A stretch of 57,375 nucleotides of DNA, filler included, from Sphacelaria rigidula (GCA_964200075.2; 8 parts of 8 records of this genome joined end to end with filler, not necessarily neighbours in it); one strand, 5' to 3'; positions 1 through 13,532 are shown, counted from the whole stretch's first letter. Notes: a model not told the origin generated them from the letters alone. Numbers and translations are program-made.

Positions 1-932
1 TTCCTACTCCTAATAGAGACACCTCCAACATTCTGGCGCTCATTACGGCGGAGGGAGGGTGGGGTGGGTGGCGTGGGTGGGGGGGGGGGGGATACTCATT
101 TGTTGCTCGCTTTAGTCGTTTGACCAGTGACCACGCATCCCTCGCGAGACGGGAAGCTGGCAAGGGAGAGGGCGGGGGGGGGGAAGAGTCACCGAATATT
201 GTAGTTCCCCTGAGTCCAGAAGTATCTTTGCCTGAGTCGTAGTATCAACGGCCCATGGGCATCCGTGGGCACCTGCGGTTGATCGTGGGTGCCCCAGTTC
301 AATACAATTTCATGAACTGGCATGTGGGCGCTTACAAAGGCGGCCCATGAGGAGTCCATGGGCACTCAAGGGTGACGCCAAGGGATGAAACACCCTGATA
401 GCGCGTGATAGCTCCGGAGAATAGACAGGTGGCGGTCTCACAAAATTATTTTCCACTGAACCGTGCGAACGAAACCGTTCCGGGTAACTGTGTCTGGGTA
501 TTTTTCGACCACCGGGAATTGAGTAAATGTTGTGGTCTCGCAGCGACATTTATTTATTGCGGATCCCGCAAACGGACACGATTTTTGTTTTTTAACTCTC
601 GTGTCGGTGTGCTCTTCAATCACTGGGGTACGAGTGCCGTGCATTTTTGAGGACTGACCCTTGCACATTCAGTGTGCTGGCGAGTCGCAGTCTCGGGCAT
701 CCTCCAGTCAACTGTATCCCCGCGCACTTCAATGAACTGGATATGTGGGCAACAGTGTTACGTTGAGCACGGAGATGTGTCGAAGGCGTGGCCATACGAT
801 ATCATTTGTTGTCAAGAGCTTTTTTCTCTACTTCGCAATACATTACAATACAGTCAGCTCAGTGGCATTTTTGGGCGGTCACATAAGCGACAACAAATTA
901 ACCGACAAAGCAGTGCCGAAAATCTTGGTGCA

Positions 933-1432
933 AGCTTCTGAATTGAAGGCCACTTATCATGTATTAAAAAAAACGTTCTTGTTACAAAGTGCATTTATAG
1001 TCCTTTTTCGTCGTTTTTCGCCCGAAACGAGGGCTAGGCGGATGTTGACTTCTTGAAATGACTTACCCTACTCGTTGCGACCGTTCCAGGGCACCTTCGC
1101 GTTTTCCGCACGTTGCAGGTTTGTTTTTGGCCAAACTTGCCCTTCCGATAACAAACGGTCAACTTATACAAAAAAAACAGTGACCCCCCTGTTATTTACA
1201 GTTTGACCGTCGGCGATTGAAAATGCAAACTTAGCCAAAACCAAACCAGCGACGTACGGAAAACGCAAAGGTGCCCTGGAACGGTCTCGACGGGTAGAAC
1301 TAGTCATTCCACGGTGCCAACATCCGCCTAGCCCTCTTTTCGGGCGAAAACCGACGAACAAGGGCCAAAAATGCACTTTTCAATTAAAACATGTTTTCTA
1401 TACATAAGAAATGGCCATGGATCACAAGAGCT
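933..1432. mobile_element. fold-back/MITE-like element with about 230-bp imperfect inverted arms
   Basis: About 933-1165 is the reverse complement of about 1198-1432, e.g. GAGGGCTAGGCGGATGTTG / CAACATCCGCCTAGCCCTC and GACCGTTCCAGGGCACCTT / AAGGTGCCCTGGAACGGTC. Ends approximate; no TSD resolved. Confidence 0.75.
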
Positions 1433-1913
1433 AATTCGTGATCGGTCAATCCCATAATTTTTCTTGTATGCTTTTGCGAATGAGGATAATGACGTTGCCA
1501 GCCGAGAAATCTAGGCGTAAACGCTGTACAGGCGTGTTTCGTCACTTACACCGCCGCTATTCGTTACATCGCCGTCCCGACGGTATCCGCACAGCCACGG
1601 CACGTGGGGGTGTCCGTCCATACCTCAAGCAGTCACCTACAGCAGTCAACTCGTCTTCAGTGAGGCCGACGGAAATACTTTCTGATTCGAGATTCGACTG
1701 AGAATTTGGTAACAACATCCTTCTGCCAGGCTTGAACATTAACCTGCTGCCGTCGTATGACCATGTTTGAATCTGTTCCACTTATTCATAGGTTGAACAG
1801 TACGACTGCTCCTGTGTGAGGTTCAACATATGTAACAATTTTATGATTCCAGATATGTGACTTTGGGACTACTTTGCAACGGCGTTTCGTGCGATGCTGC
1901 CGTCTGCCATCAG

Positions 1914-4900
1914 GTTGATATCCCTGGAGGGTTTTGCCGCGTTGCATAGTTTACGAGAGCTAGATGTGAGCCATAATGGAATACAGAGCATGTTGGGGTT
2001 AGTTTCCAACAAGAATCTGCGGGCTCTGAGAATATCACACAACCGCATTCGCCGAATAGAGGGGCTGGAGAAGCTCACGATCCTGGAAGAGGTACGAACG
2101 ACAGGTTACAGCCCACAAGTGTACTCAATAGACTCTCAGTATACACTATCTTCAGCATTCGCAAACACGGACTGCCACGAACCCACCTGTGTCAAGATAG
2201 GATCTCTTCCACGGGACAACGGATACGAGTACATATCGCGGGCGCCAAAGCCGAAAGCAGAGCTATAAATCGAACTGTCGTGTGTCATAATCTCCTCTCC
2301 GCGGGGACCAAGCAAAATATTATTATGGCTTCAAGGGCGTAGTGCTTGTATGCATATCAAATGATAGACACGGCAACTGCGGTAAATTACTCCCCTCACG
2401 CACTGCCTTCCCGTTGCCTTTCCGTTACTTCGGCAGGCTGACTTGTCGCACAACCTGCTGAGGACTAAGAGAGATATGCGAGCTCTCTCGCTAAATTCTG
2501 CCCTACGTCGACTTCGGCTCGAGGGCAACTCCTTCTGCAGTACAGGCGTCCCGGCTACTCAGAGTTTCGCGGTGTACATGCACCATCTCATGCCGGGAAC
2601 GACACTCCTGGACGGCACGCCATCCGACTCGGCGCTGATACCACCTCCTCCGCCGCTCTCAGCAGATACGGCCCACCACCACTACAATCAGCATCCCCAC
2701 CACGGTCACCATCGTGCACTGAGCACATCGCAGCAGCACATCGGCAAGCGGGGAAACGCAGCGTGTAGCGGGTCGCGAGACGACCTTAGCTTATCGCGAC
2801 GCTGGCGAGACACTTCTGTGATAGTCACAAACGGTCGTCAAATGTTGTCGGTCGAACGCAACAGCCAGCAGCAGGAGCAGCAACGCCACAAACAGCGATC
2901 CCAGTCTGCAGAGCGGAGCGGACGCGGCTCGCACGCTGCCACTTGGCCGACGACTGGAGGTGGTGGGCCCGCGGTAGATCCCGGGTCTTACGTAAAACTG
3001 CACTTGGCCTCTAGACGCAAAGAATGTGGCACTGGCACAGCTAACGGGGCGAGATCTTCCGCCGGCGCAGCAGGCGCGAGAGACGTCAGTCGAGACCGAG
3101 CAAACGCTGCAGTTGAGAGAAATCGGCGAAATACAGGGGCACAGTCCATGCGGGTAGGGGTGGGGGCGGGCATGGGGGCGGGGTATGTTCATCACCCGCC
3201 GCACACGGCACCCTGCGACGATCATCATCACCATGGAGGAGGAGGAGGAGGAGGAGGAGGAGGAGGAGGAGGGGGTCATGCGACAGCAGCGGCAGCCATT
3301 CACGGTGCTGGTGATCGCGTTGCAGACGGAACCGCTATGATCAGCAGGGGAAATCACCAGGTATCACTGCGCGGCGCGGGTGGTGGTGGTGGTGGTGGTG
3401 GTGGTGGTGGTGGTGGTGGTGGTGGTGCAGCTGCCGCTGCAACAGACGCGCCTCTATCTTCCTCTTTGTCATCTTACCACGGGCGATCGCGAGCAGAGCG
3501 GGCGGCAGCCCGCCGCCTGGCGTGGAGCCAGGCGAGATCGGAAGGACTCGTGGGAACAGCGACCTCAACGCCGGCAGCCCGACGGCGGAAAGACGTGCCC
3601 CCCCCCAGCCTTTCGAGAAAAAGTGAGTTCACCGCAGAAGGCGACAGGAAGAAGAGGGGATCTGGGAGCGCTAAGGTATCGCGTTCTTCTACAAACGCCA
3701 GGGTGGCGCTGAGGAAAGGTCATGCGACAGGGGAATCGACACCGTCGATCAGAGGGTCTCGCTCGCCAATGCAACGCTCCTGGCGGGGAAACGAAGTGAC
3801 GCAGCACACTACGGGCCCACAGGTAAGATCAGCGGATCTATGGGGCAAGCCGTATGCAAGAATTTAGCACTGTAGTTGGTTTCTAAAATTTGTCAAAGCA
3901 TAGTCTGCCGTGGATGTTGCCTACTACAGTGTACGCGTATAATCTTGTATGGCGTGGAGTCGATTGGTGACGACTCAAACACCCAGATACTTGGAGGGGG
4001 AATGCAATCGAGTGTTGATGCATCGGATCTACCGATGAATTACTCCTTGCGTGACGCCAAGCGAGTAGAGCATTGCAGGTGACACAAAGGCCTGGCACGC
4101 TATCTGGCCGCCATCGATGCCGGTCGTGGTTGATTATGACCAAGTTCCGCACAAGGAACAGTAGCATCGCAATTTCGCGCCTGTTCATCTCAGGAATACC
4201 TAGGATTAATCACTTTCTGGGGCTGATCACGCTGGTCAACTGAGATCTGCTCTTCGACGTGGCTCGAAAGAGGGCATGTGCGGTTGACTACATGGACCTG
4301 CAACATCTCGAGGGAGCTTGTCTTGTGTCGCACCCCAAACGACCGTGTTCACGACCAACCGACTCATCTCAGGCATAAAAAATGATCTCCGTCCAAACTA
4401 CAGGTAGGTTCGAGTCGAAATCGCTTCCGCCGTGGCGGTTCAGCCTTCACCGATCACGCAGACGGAGGAAGAGGATTCCTTCGACATGGCGCATCACATT
4501 CAGCGGGTACTAGTAGGAGTCAAGGGCGTCGACCGGCAAGCGTCGGCGGGCGGAAGAAGCGCCTGGGTGGAACCTCGTCGAAACATGCGGAAACTAAGGG
4601 CAGGAGGTGGACTAACGCTAGCACCTCATGGACTGGGGAAACCCGCGCGCGCGGCGGAGGTCGTGATACCCGCAGGCGATCACAAGGCGTGTTAAGCGGT
4701 GAAAAAACATCACATTTGAGTGGTGGCGGGGGAGAGTCGTATCCTTATTCGACTTCGCTCGGACACAGAAGTCGTCGAATCACGCGACCGGCGGCCCCGC
4801 AGGTATCCCCGTGGACACCTCGCGAAGATGCGATACCGAAACAGGATCGTCGCCGCCGCAGCCAAGTGCAGCGCGACGAAGATATTGAAATATTCTATGA

Positions 4901-6584
4901 GCAACGGCGGGATAACGGGGGGGGCGACAGAGGGGTAAGAGGAGGGCGCGGAGTAGGGGGAGGCAGAGGAGGAGGGATAGCCGGTGGAAGGGCTAGAGAC
5001 GGAGGGAATAGCGGATCGCCAGGGGCGTACCATAATGATCTGGGCTGCAGCGACGACGATGGAGGCGACAAGTCGGCGAACACCGCTGACGATAGGTCCT
5101 GCCAGAGAGTGCCCCCCTTCGTGTCACCACTGTCCCCCGCTGGAATTTTGCAGAGAGCCGCGGGTTCAAGATCTGCAATCGCGTCAGCGGAAACGATAAC
5201 TTCGTCGGCAAGGGAAGATGATGCCGGTGAAATTTTTCACGTCAACAGTGGTGAGACACGGGAGGCGGGAGTCGCAAGTCGACCGTACCAGGCCAACTTG
5301 AACGCAGAAGAGGGAAACGCCTTCGGCGTTGGTGGAGGATGGCGGCGGATGTCGTCGGACGTTGCTCCCATGGAGAACGAGTGGGAGACAAGCCTAGGGG
5401 GAAAGAGGGACGATAGCCCTCTTGATGTTCGCGCGTTTCATTCCACGGATGTCCAGTACCATCAGCTTGGGGCCGAGCGGGACACTAGATACAAAATCGG
5501 GGAAGAGGGGCCATCGCACAAGCCTTTCTCGTCGTACAGGATGATGCCCCAGTTCTCCGGTGACAGAAGTATGAGGGGTGGTGCCACCACCGGCAGCGCC
5601 GGCCGAGAATCTGGTCGTGCGACGTCTCCTCCTTCCGCTCGACCCACGCTTCGTGATCCCCTTCGCCATGTTTCCGTTTTGCGAGAGTTTGGTGGCGACG
5701 GGCAACAGGAACAACAGAACGCACAAAATCGGCTGGGCGTATCGCAAAAAGCGTCGCCCGGGAGAGATGAGGCGGGTGTTCGCAGGATGGAGAATGAAAG
5801 TATCCAATTTCGGGACGGGGGTGTGGTGTTGGGGGATGAGAAGGACGACGCGTGGGTTGATGACGACGACGAGGTCGTGGAGCGTTGGAGCTCTACCCTG
5901 AATACAGAAGGGGGCGCTCATGTAGAGCGTTCCCATTTGTGGTATGATCGCGAAAAAGGGCAATATCCCGAAGGGGGTGGCGTGGGAAGCACAAAAAGAG
6001 TCAGCAGTATGGGCGACGTTGACCAGGGCAACGGCAACACGGGCGAACTCGACCCTGGAGCCTCTAGCAACGGCGTCGACAAGGTTGGTGCTGGTGCTTC
6101 GACTGCTGCTGTCACTGTAGATGATGACGATATTGGCGACGCATACGGTCTTGTCGCTGTTTTCGATGACGAGAAGTTTGCAACACCAGGTCAGCGACCG
6201 TTGAAAAATGACCCTGGCGGATCGAAAACAGTGGACCCGCCCATCCTCACCTGGAACGATGACACGGAGGTCAGTGATAACGGAGACCAGGCGATTTCTA
6301 ACATCGCCAATGCTCCCGAAAAACTTCCGAAAAAGATCGAGGTCACAATTGAACCCCCCCCGTCGCGCAGTCCCGATGATGCCATGGTGCGAACCTTGGC
6401 GGAACAGTTGCTGGACGCCGAAGTCGCAGAAGATCAGCCCGTAAACACAAAGGAAGCTTCCGGGGGAGGGGTCAGGAGCGGAGGGGGTGGCGGAAGGTGG
6501 GGGGCGGACGCTACACTGGAGAGTGAGATCATGGATGTGCTTGCGTCTATGGTGGGAGGCGCGTCTTCGTCTGCTCCTGGTTGA
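1914..6584 (+). CDS. SDS22-like leucine-rich-repeat protein with LRRcap and a long low-complexity/disordered C-terminus (5'-partial, spliced)
   Basis: Exons 1914-2091, 2437-3822 and 4404-6584 are all GT-AG and join in phase 0. They read LxxLxxLDVSHNGI, LRALRISHNRIRRIEGLEKLTILEE|ADLSHNLL, LRRLRLEGNSFC, then LRRcap-like FAVYMHHLMPGTTLLDG. The last exon is open from 4404 to TGA 6584. Upstream exon(s) not identified. Confidence 0.8.
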
Positions 6585-7085
6585 GGAACGCAGCAAAAGG
6601 ACTTCCTTCCCGCGCTCCAGCATGCAGTCAAGAGTAGGGGAGCGAGAGAGAGGAGGAGGGGGCATTGTATGTATATGTGTTTTCCTGCTATGTGTGGTAT
6701 TTCAGTCTCATTCTCCTCCTGTGGTAGAGTCTACGCGTAAATTGTTTGTTCTGCATGCACGCATGAATTTTGCGATCCCAATTCCTCCATCTATTTCTCC
6801 CTTTACCCCGGTTCTATTCATCAGTGGATTATTCCTCACACATCAAGGTCGGCACGCAGCTTTTGCCGCCCCGGCCCGTGTTTACCCCCCCCAAAAAAAA
6901 AAAAAACGTTTTGCGATCTGTGCCTCACGACTCCGGAAAGTCGATCGCGACTGAAGCTCGAAACATTAGAAGGATTGATACAATAATATATACTCTAGTA
7001 TGTTATTGTATTATTATACAAGCCGCACGGGACCCGGGGCTGCGCCCCGGTCCCGTCCGTCTTTTTCGAGGGTCTCGGTATTCTT

Positions 7086-7185
7086 NNNNNNNNNNNNNNN
7101 NNNNNNNNNNNNNNNNNNNNNNNNNNNNNTTAATTAATTAANNNNNNNNNNNNNNNNNNNNNNNNNNNNNNNNNNNNNNNNNNNN
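7086..7185. other. artificial 100-bp contig spacer N44-TTAATTAATTAA-N44 (also 14271-14370, 21456-21555, 28640-28739, 35824-35923, 43008-43107, 50192-50291)
   Basis: An identical six-frame-stop linker appears seven times between segments of 7084-7085 bp. Confidence 0.98.
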
Positions 7186-10100
7186 TTGTGGTTGGGGGGC
7201 GGGGGGGTGGGGGGGTGGGGGGGGGGGGTGGGGGGGGGGGGGGGGGGGGGGGGGGCTGTCGCGGCAACAACAATATAGCATGCAGCAGTATTGTGTGTGT
7301 GCATATGTGCGTATGGGTGTAGTGAAACTGTCCAACATGCTATTCGTCAACAGTCTGAAATCTACCGCCCCACACGCTCGTGCGGTACTGGTACGCTTTT
7401 TACGCCCAACAGTTCTCTCGGCGGGGTAGTGTGTTGCTCTTCAACCGGAGTGTTAATTGCCCCGCAAATGCAGAAAACAGCAGCTGGCACGATTGTTGAA
7501 GCGAAGCAAAACTCACCTACACCGCGAGGTCACGGAAGTTGACGGGCGATCTCATTAACTTCAACCGAGAAAACCCTTATCGCGTGCGTTCGGCAAATAA
7601 ACCAAAGCGGTCTGTCCGGTGTTATCGCTTTAATTTAGAAGCTCCGTTCCTCTCGGCTTTCGTCAATCATGCAACTGAACATGAACCATCTGGAACCCGC
7701 GCGGCGTGGAACAGGATCTTTGTCATGTGGTGTATGCAACTGCTCTTCAGACCCGTGGTCGAAGGGTAGTTCTTACGGACGACTCTATCATCAGGAACCT
7801 CGAGTTTGAGAGACCTCAAATAGCAGGTGTTCAAGTTTTGCCCATCTCCTGAAATTCACGACGAATAGTTCCCGCGGTTAACGCTAGCCCTGAAATCCTC
7901 CCGTTCTCTTGTCTTTGCATGACAAAAGAAGAGCTGGTGGCATGATGATTCGAGGAAATTATGTCCAGTGTTTTTGTCGTAAAGAGATTGTTCAAGCACA
8001 AGTCAAAGAGGGGGATGTTACGGGCGATATCGGCCGTATGGGTCAGAGGCATTTCGGAGTACGTAATATGCCGCGTGCAGTATGCGTGTTCTACTTGTTG
8101 TAGTATATGGGCGCCTTACTCTAGTCAGTGCTTCCAAGCGCACCCTCGTCGCACACAACTACTGTAAACTGTGCAGATAGCAGCAAAGGGGACAGCAGAG
8201 CAGACCGATATTACAGCCGATCCTCCTGAAGGCATCGTATCTCTGGGCCACCACTGCGCATGCACTGAACAAATGAGTCCTACGCTACTTGACTAAGTGC
8301 ATCGAACTCAACAAGGCAAGTGTTGTGGTAGCTACGTGGGGCATCGCACAGGGGCATTTGCGGCCTGTATTGTACAGCTCAACCCCTGCGATTCTTGGTA
8401 GTGTCATGGATGTGCAAACACCCGTGTCGAATATTATACCTGAATGGCGGCAGTCAGTCCCTGAACTGCGCTGAATCAGCACCCTCAAGCGATTCTCAAA
8501 ACATTCAGCGGTCTCTTGAACTGAGATCGGCGACGAGCCGGCGAGCCGCAGATGGACACCATATTTTTTCGGTGCTGCGCAACTTGATGGCTTCAAGTTC
8601 GACGCCCTGCCAGTACACACTTGCCTTGGAACACTATGCACCCCCCTTGACCGACTGTTCCCGGTCCGCCTTGGGTTGAGGTTTGAGTTGGGTTTGTCCC
8701 AAAGGCTTGACGAAGTCTGTGCGTACCACCACGGCGTTTTTGAGCGCAAAATCCATGAAAACCCGCCTCCTTGCATGCACAGCTTTTATTATCTGACAAT
8801 CGATGCGCAAGTCATCAAGTTTCACTCTGTTTCCATGCAATTTCCAGGGTTTGCTGTGTCACCTTTAACTTTATCGGGTAACCACTGATGGAGAAAGGAT
8901 AACCATCATCGAATCATCCTGCTACCCAGTATTCCCGTGTAGATTGATGAGATGATGCATCACAATAGGGCCCTCATTCTTCGGCGGGAATAATTCGGCG
9001 AAGTTGAATTTCAACATCCCCCGGCAGTGAAAAACCCTTAGATCGCGAAGGTAGTCCATCTGGATCGTGCTTACATTTTTCAGGTAAAATCGATGTCGAT
9101 TCAAACAGATGATCTGCTGTCGCCGTCCAAGTACCCAAGAAGAGGTCGATTGATCCCTGGGTACACCCAGGTCGACGGCAATCCGATCTGTCCATAGCAG
9201 GCGATCCGGTTTCTCGGAAACCCTTCCTGCCGGCGCCAGTACTCCTCCGCTTCGTTCTCCACTGGATTGGATCTCGGACCAGCTCCGAAACTAATATCTT
9301 GCTGGTTGCCAGCCATCATCGATCACGTTAGATTGGCATCCTTGGAGGGTGAAAGTCCGGACGAATAATGTCAAGATAATAACGCACGGTTTCTGCCACG
9401 ACTTTTCAAGTTAGAAGAAAAATGTCGACAGTGATCTCGCAGATAAAACCTTCTGACTCCTGGATGAGCATACCAACAAAATGCGCAAAATTTTCCTAAA
9501 TGTCCAATGTTGCGGCTATACCAACCTCCGCACTTACACCATTTATATCTTACCCATCGCCTCTTTTCCCTCCCGTGGGTGGTTCCTATCACACCAGAAA
9601 CTTCCTGTATTTGAAACGACATGTATGTCTCTATTGTCAGGGTGCGCCATCACCATGCCGTATACTACATGAACTGACACACTACTACATCGATATACAC
9701 TAGTAGTGGGACAGGGAGGGGGTGGGGGGCTGTCGCACATATAGCTCGTGTGAACGCAAAACACTCCACTAGAAGCAAGAGCACCATGGACGAACAGAAC
9801 AAGAGAAATAGCTCAGGATAAATAACAAAACGAACAACAAACAAAGGAGGAATCTGTATAACCCCACACACAAGTATAGCTGTCTGAAAATATACCCACT
9901 CCGAATCACACTCTTCTTGCCGCCAAACCAGACACGACTCAACTCCTGTCTTGGGCTCGGAGAGATGACAATTCTCGAAACATTAACACTCCCACTTCCT
10001 GGATGAGAATCGTGAGCAACAACAACCCTTCTCAAATAACGGCTTCTAACAAATCAACTATAAGATGTATCACGCATTGTAGGCACCCACATATCATTCA

Positions 10101-10385
10101 TACATATGTTACCCTGATGCCGTCCAAAAGTGCACGCACCAGCTGTTGACAGCTTCGCCGGGACGCACGAGCACCAAAAGCCTCTTCGATAAACTACCCC
10201 GTGAACGTCCTGAAACAGGTCTTTCCCATGCCCAAAGCTTTGCATCGCAGCTCGCCTGGTACATCCATGTAAAAATACACCCAAGCCCGTGAAGGACCTA
10301 CGCTGTCCCTCCTCAAAAAAAGGCTCGCGTGATTTAAGGATGCACGCATTCTAAAGTTCTACAAGCAGTGCATGGACCAAGTTAA

Positions 10386-10484
10386 CCCTTAGACCGCGAG
10401 ATTTGTCTTTCTTGATCATGCATACTTTCTTCACTTGAAATCGACGCAGATTCAACAGAAGACTATAACCTCGCGCTCTAAGGG
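10386..10484. mobile_element. piggyBac-like miniature element
   Basis: TTAA|CCCTTAGACCGCGAG ... CTCGCGCTCTAAGGG|TCAA: CCC/GGG TIR ends with TTAA-like flanks. Confidence 0.6.
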
Positions 10485-10768
10485 TCAAGAAAGCAAGAAA
10501 GCTGGAACGCTGTCTCATCCTCGAACCGTCCTAAAAATACACGCTGATTGAAAGAAAATGTTTCAACACAACAAGGCATATGTCAACACATATTGAAACA
10601 ACGAAAAGGTATTACGTGAGCCAAGCAAGGTTTGACCTAATTTTGACATGGTCCGTTACCTCTCAAGACCCTTCGTCAGTTGTGATCCCGATCTCTCGAC
10701 AACACATACCGCAACACACATACACATCGACAACACGCAAGCGCATATATACCAATATCATCAAAAGT

Positions 10769-13532
10769 TCATCCCATCCTAAACCCGCGAGTGAGCAAGG
10801 GTTGACAGTCGCTGCCCGATCCTCTTCGTTCCAACGCCTCATACAAAGGACGCGCGGCATGCGGGGGCGCCACACTCCCAGACAGAAGTTCTCTGTAGAT
10901 GGAGTAAAAAATGGGGTAGAGGGCACGGGGGTTGAAGCGACCAGGGATGCGGGGATTTGTAGTGTTGACGTTTCCAGGGGGTGCTATGCAACCAATAAAA
11001 CTGTCATGTTGAGTGTTTCCCGTGCGTTTTTCACGCGCTCATATCCGCCAATGTGCGACAATCAATCAATTAAACGATTTCCACGTATGGAGACCGCGCG
11101 CATATATGCAAAATTTCAGGAGCAAATGGAGGAGCAGCCCTGTTCCATCTCAAGCATGCATCACTATCTCGTCTCTCGCGCGAGTGTGGTAATCTGAACC
11201 CTCAACTTTTTCTCTGCTCAGCAGCGCAAACTTGAAAAGTTGAACAAGTTCCACGTACGAATCGTGGTACAGCATGATGAGGAACCAACCATCAGGTCTC
11301 TATATCTCACACACATGTTCGACAGCTAAGCATAAAATACACTAGAAACGGCACGCGCGCGGGGGGGGAAGGGGGGGGGGGGGCTACCACATGCTTACAT
11401 ACAGACATGAAGCACACCTGACAGACACTTCTCGGCCGTAGAACTTGCGGTTGACGTCAGGCCTGGCCATGATAACGCCGCCCTCCAGGCTCAGCCCAGC
11501 GAACAGCCCTCGACTGTGGCTGTCTGCACGTTCATTGACACGAAAGGTTCATGCAGCACATGTCCAAGGCAAGGATGGAAACAGCGTCTGTCGTTCAGGG
11601 TGAAATACTTGAGGAAGAGAGAAGAAAAAAAAGCAATGTCATGGTTGTACTTATGAACATAGAGACATCGCACACAACCTTGGGAGCGGGTCTAGATGGA
11701 GTATAGACCATCTACTGTAGCGCAGGCGAAACATTCCCTGTACAAGAGCACACGACATGGAGAGTGTGGATACACATGCTGGGCAAAAAAAACAAAAGGA
11801 AACCACCGCACAGCAATGCATAGCCCTCGAGCGCCGAACCTTCTCAGATGGACGCTGGATGGGACATCGAAGGCATGTCGAACAACAGCTGCTCTGGCAG
11901 TATGAGTCCGAGGTTATGGAGACCATGGTACTTACACATGAAATGTCGTCACCAGCGCCACGCAGAATACAGACCTCGTACAATAAAGGTGTTTTTGATC
12001 GGTACCATATCATGCCATGTGTGAAATCGATGATTCCTTACACCAGGTGAGAGTGGCAGGAGATGGATCTCATACTGCCAGACGCGGCACCCTGGCAAAT
12101 AGCGGCTGCGAAGCTGATACTGATACCTATTTGTTTCAAAGACGCCGTACATAGCTCAGTAGTCTGGTGTGGTGCACACTACCACTGTGACTGCTTGGAT
12201 TCCCTGCTTGGTCTGACAGTGCCGTGCGTGGAGATATGCACATTTCTTGCCTAGTCTACTTCTTCACGCCAAAGTACGAGTACCCCCATCCTGTCATAAC
12301 CTCAGGTGAGTGTGCATCTTGTGTGAAGTGTTTCAAGGATGGAAACCAGTAGTGTGACCCAGAGATCAAGGAACGCAGCACCTGCCCTAATCTGCAGACC
12401 GCAGGTATGGCTCACCACGGGGACCACGGGCGTTCGACACGTGGAGTATGCCTTTGACATTGCTAGTAACGCAGTACATGACATACCTGCAGACAAGACC
12501 AGTAGCCCTGACATCAACCCCATAGAAAGTATCGTTGCGATGTGCTCAGGTATCACACAATTTCAGACTTCTGGGCGACTGACAACAAATCTCTATGAAT
12601 AAAGCTACACTATTCCGAAACAAAGTTGAGCGCATACAGGATTAAAGAACACAAGTTACATTTGGAAACCTGCACAGCGCATGAACGTACATGAATAAGC
12701 GTGCGCGAGACCTTCCGCCGCGACGCTGACATTGCCTGCTCCTGTCCGTCCCAGAGGCCCCACCGCCACACTGAGCTCTGCCCCGATGGAAACTTGACCC
12801 CGCCCTGCCACAAACATGCAGCCGAGAGAAGATGGTGATAAAGGATGCATTAACGAGCGCATCGCGAAAGCATCAGATGGGTGAAGCCTGGCTGACCCTG
12901 CAACCGAGTTCATCCCCCTGGTAGCTATAGGGGGCGGTTCTTTTGCACTACAGTGTCATGTGACTAATTCAGCATTGGTGGGGCGCCTCACGGTAGAGTC
13001 GTGTCAACCGTGCTGTAGGAGCAACGCATGTACTGGCAGGAAAACGCGTAGCGAAATAGTTCGGTACACAACATGTAAAGCCAACACTTTACATACATAG
13101 AAGTAAGCTCTCGCACGATAACAATGACAATGACGATAACAAGGACAATGACAACGACAATGACAAACAATAGCAATAACAGTAACAACAAAAACGCCTA
13201 TAACAACAATATTTATTTTATTTTATTTTCATTATTATTAATAACAATAACAATAATAACAATAATAACAACAAAAACATTAACGTCTATCACAACAACA
13301 ATAACATTAACAAGAACAACAAGAATATCAAAAACAGCCCCAAAAAGTACCTGAAAACGCGTCAACGGCCGAGTCCGTGTTGAGCACCAGCACGAAGTCC
13401 GTTATCTCTCCCCCGATCAGAGCTCCCCACCCCAAACCTACCGTGGCTATGGCGGATGGTGCCGACCATGCACCATCTTCTGTCTTAGCCAATACCAAAC
13501 CCGTTCCCACGCGACCTGCGACAATAAATCCC
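10769..13532 (-). CDS. SYLF/Ysc84 actin-binding-domain protein (SH3YL1/Lsb3/Lsb4-like), 5'-partial, spliced
   Basis: Four phase-compatible GT-AG exons (13532-13351, 12804-12691, 11523-11418, 10892-10769) give GFIVAGRVGTGLVLAK..WSAPSAIATVGLGWGALIGGEITDFVLVLN..GQVSIGAELSVAVGPLGR..AYSYSHSRGLFAGLSLEGGVIMARPDVNRKFYG..ELLSGSVAPPHAARPLYEAL..stop. These are hallmark SYLF motifs. Confidence 0.9.
13118..13330. repeat. degenerate (AAC/AAT)n microsatellite, intronic
   Basis: Direct inspection; immediately downstream of the SYLF exon donor. Confidence 0.9.

Noticed and set aside
4432-4695. Apparent frameshift between ORFs 4432-4695 and 4689-6584
   Set aside because: The 4689 frame is open back to the acceptor at 4403, so no frameshift is needed; 4432-4695 is an alternative-frame artefact.
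5394-6665. 423-aa minus-strand ORF
   Set aside because: Antisense shadow of the GC-rich LRR-gene terminal exon; no motifs.
7130-7141. Recurrent TTAATTAATTAA motif as a biological site
   Set aside because: Always centred in N-runs of fixed length; an assembly linker.
11770-12600. Short ORFs inside the SYLF intron as a nested gene
   Set aside because: Multiple stops in all frames and no recognisable motif; at most an unidentifiable decayed repeat.
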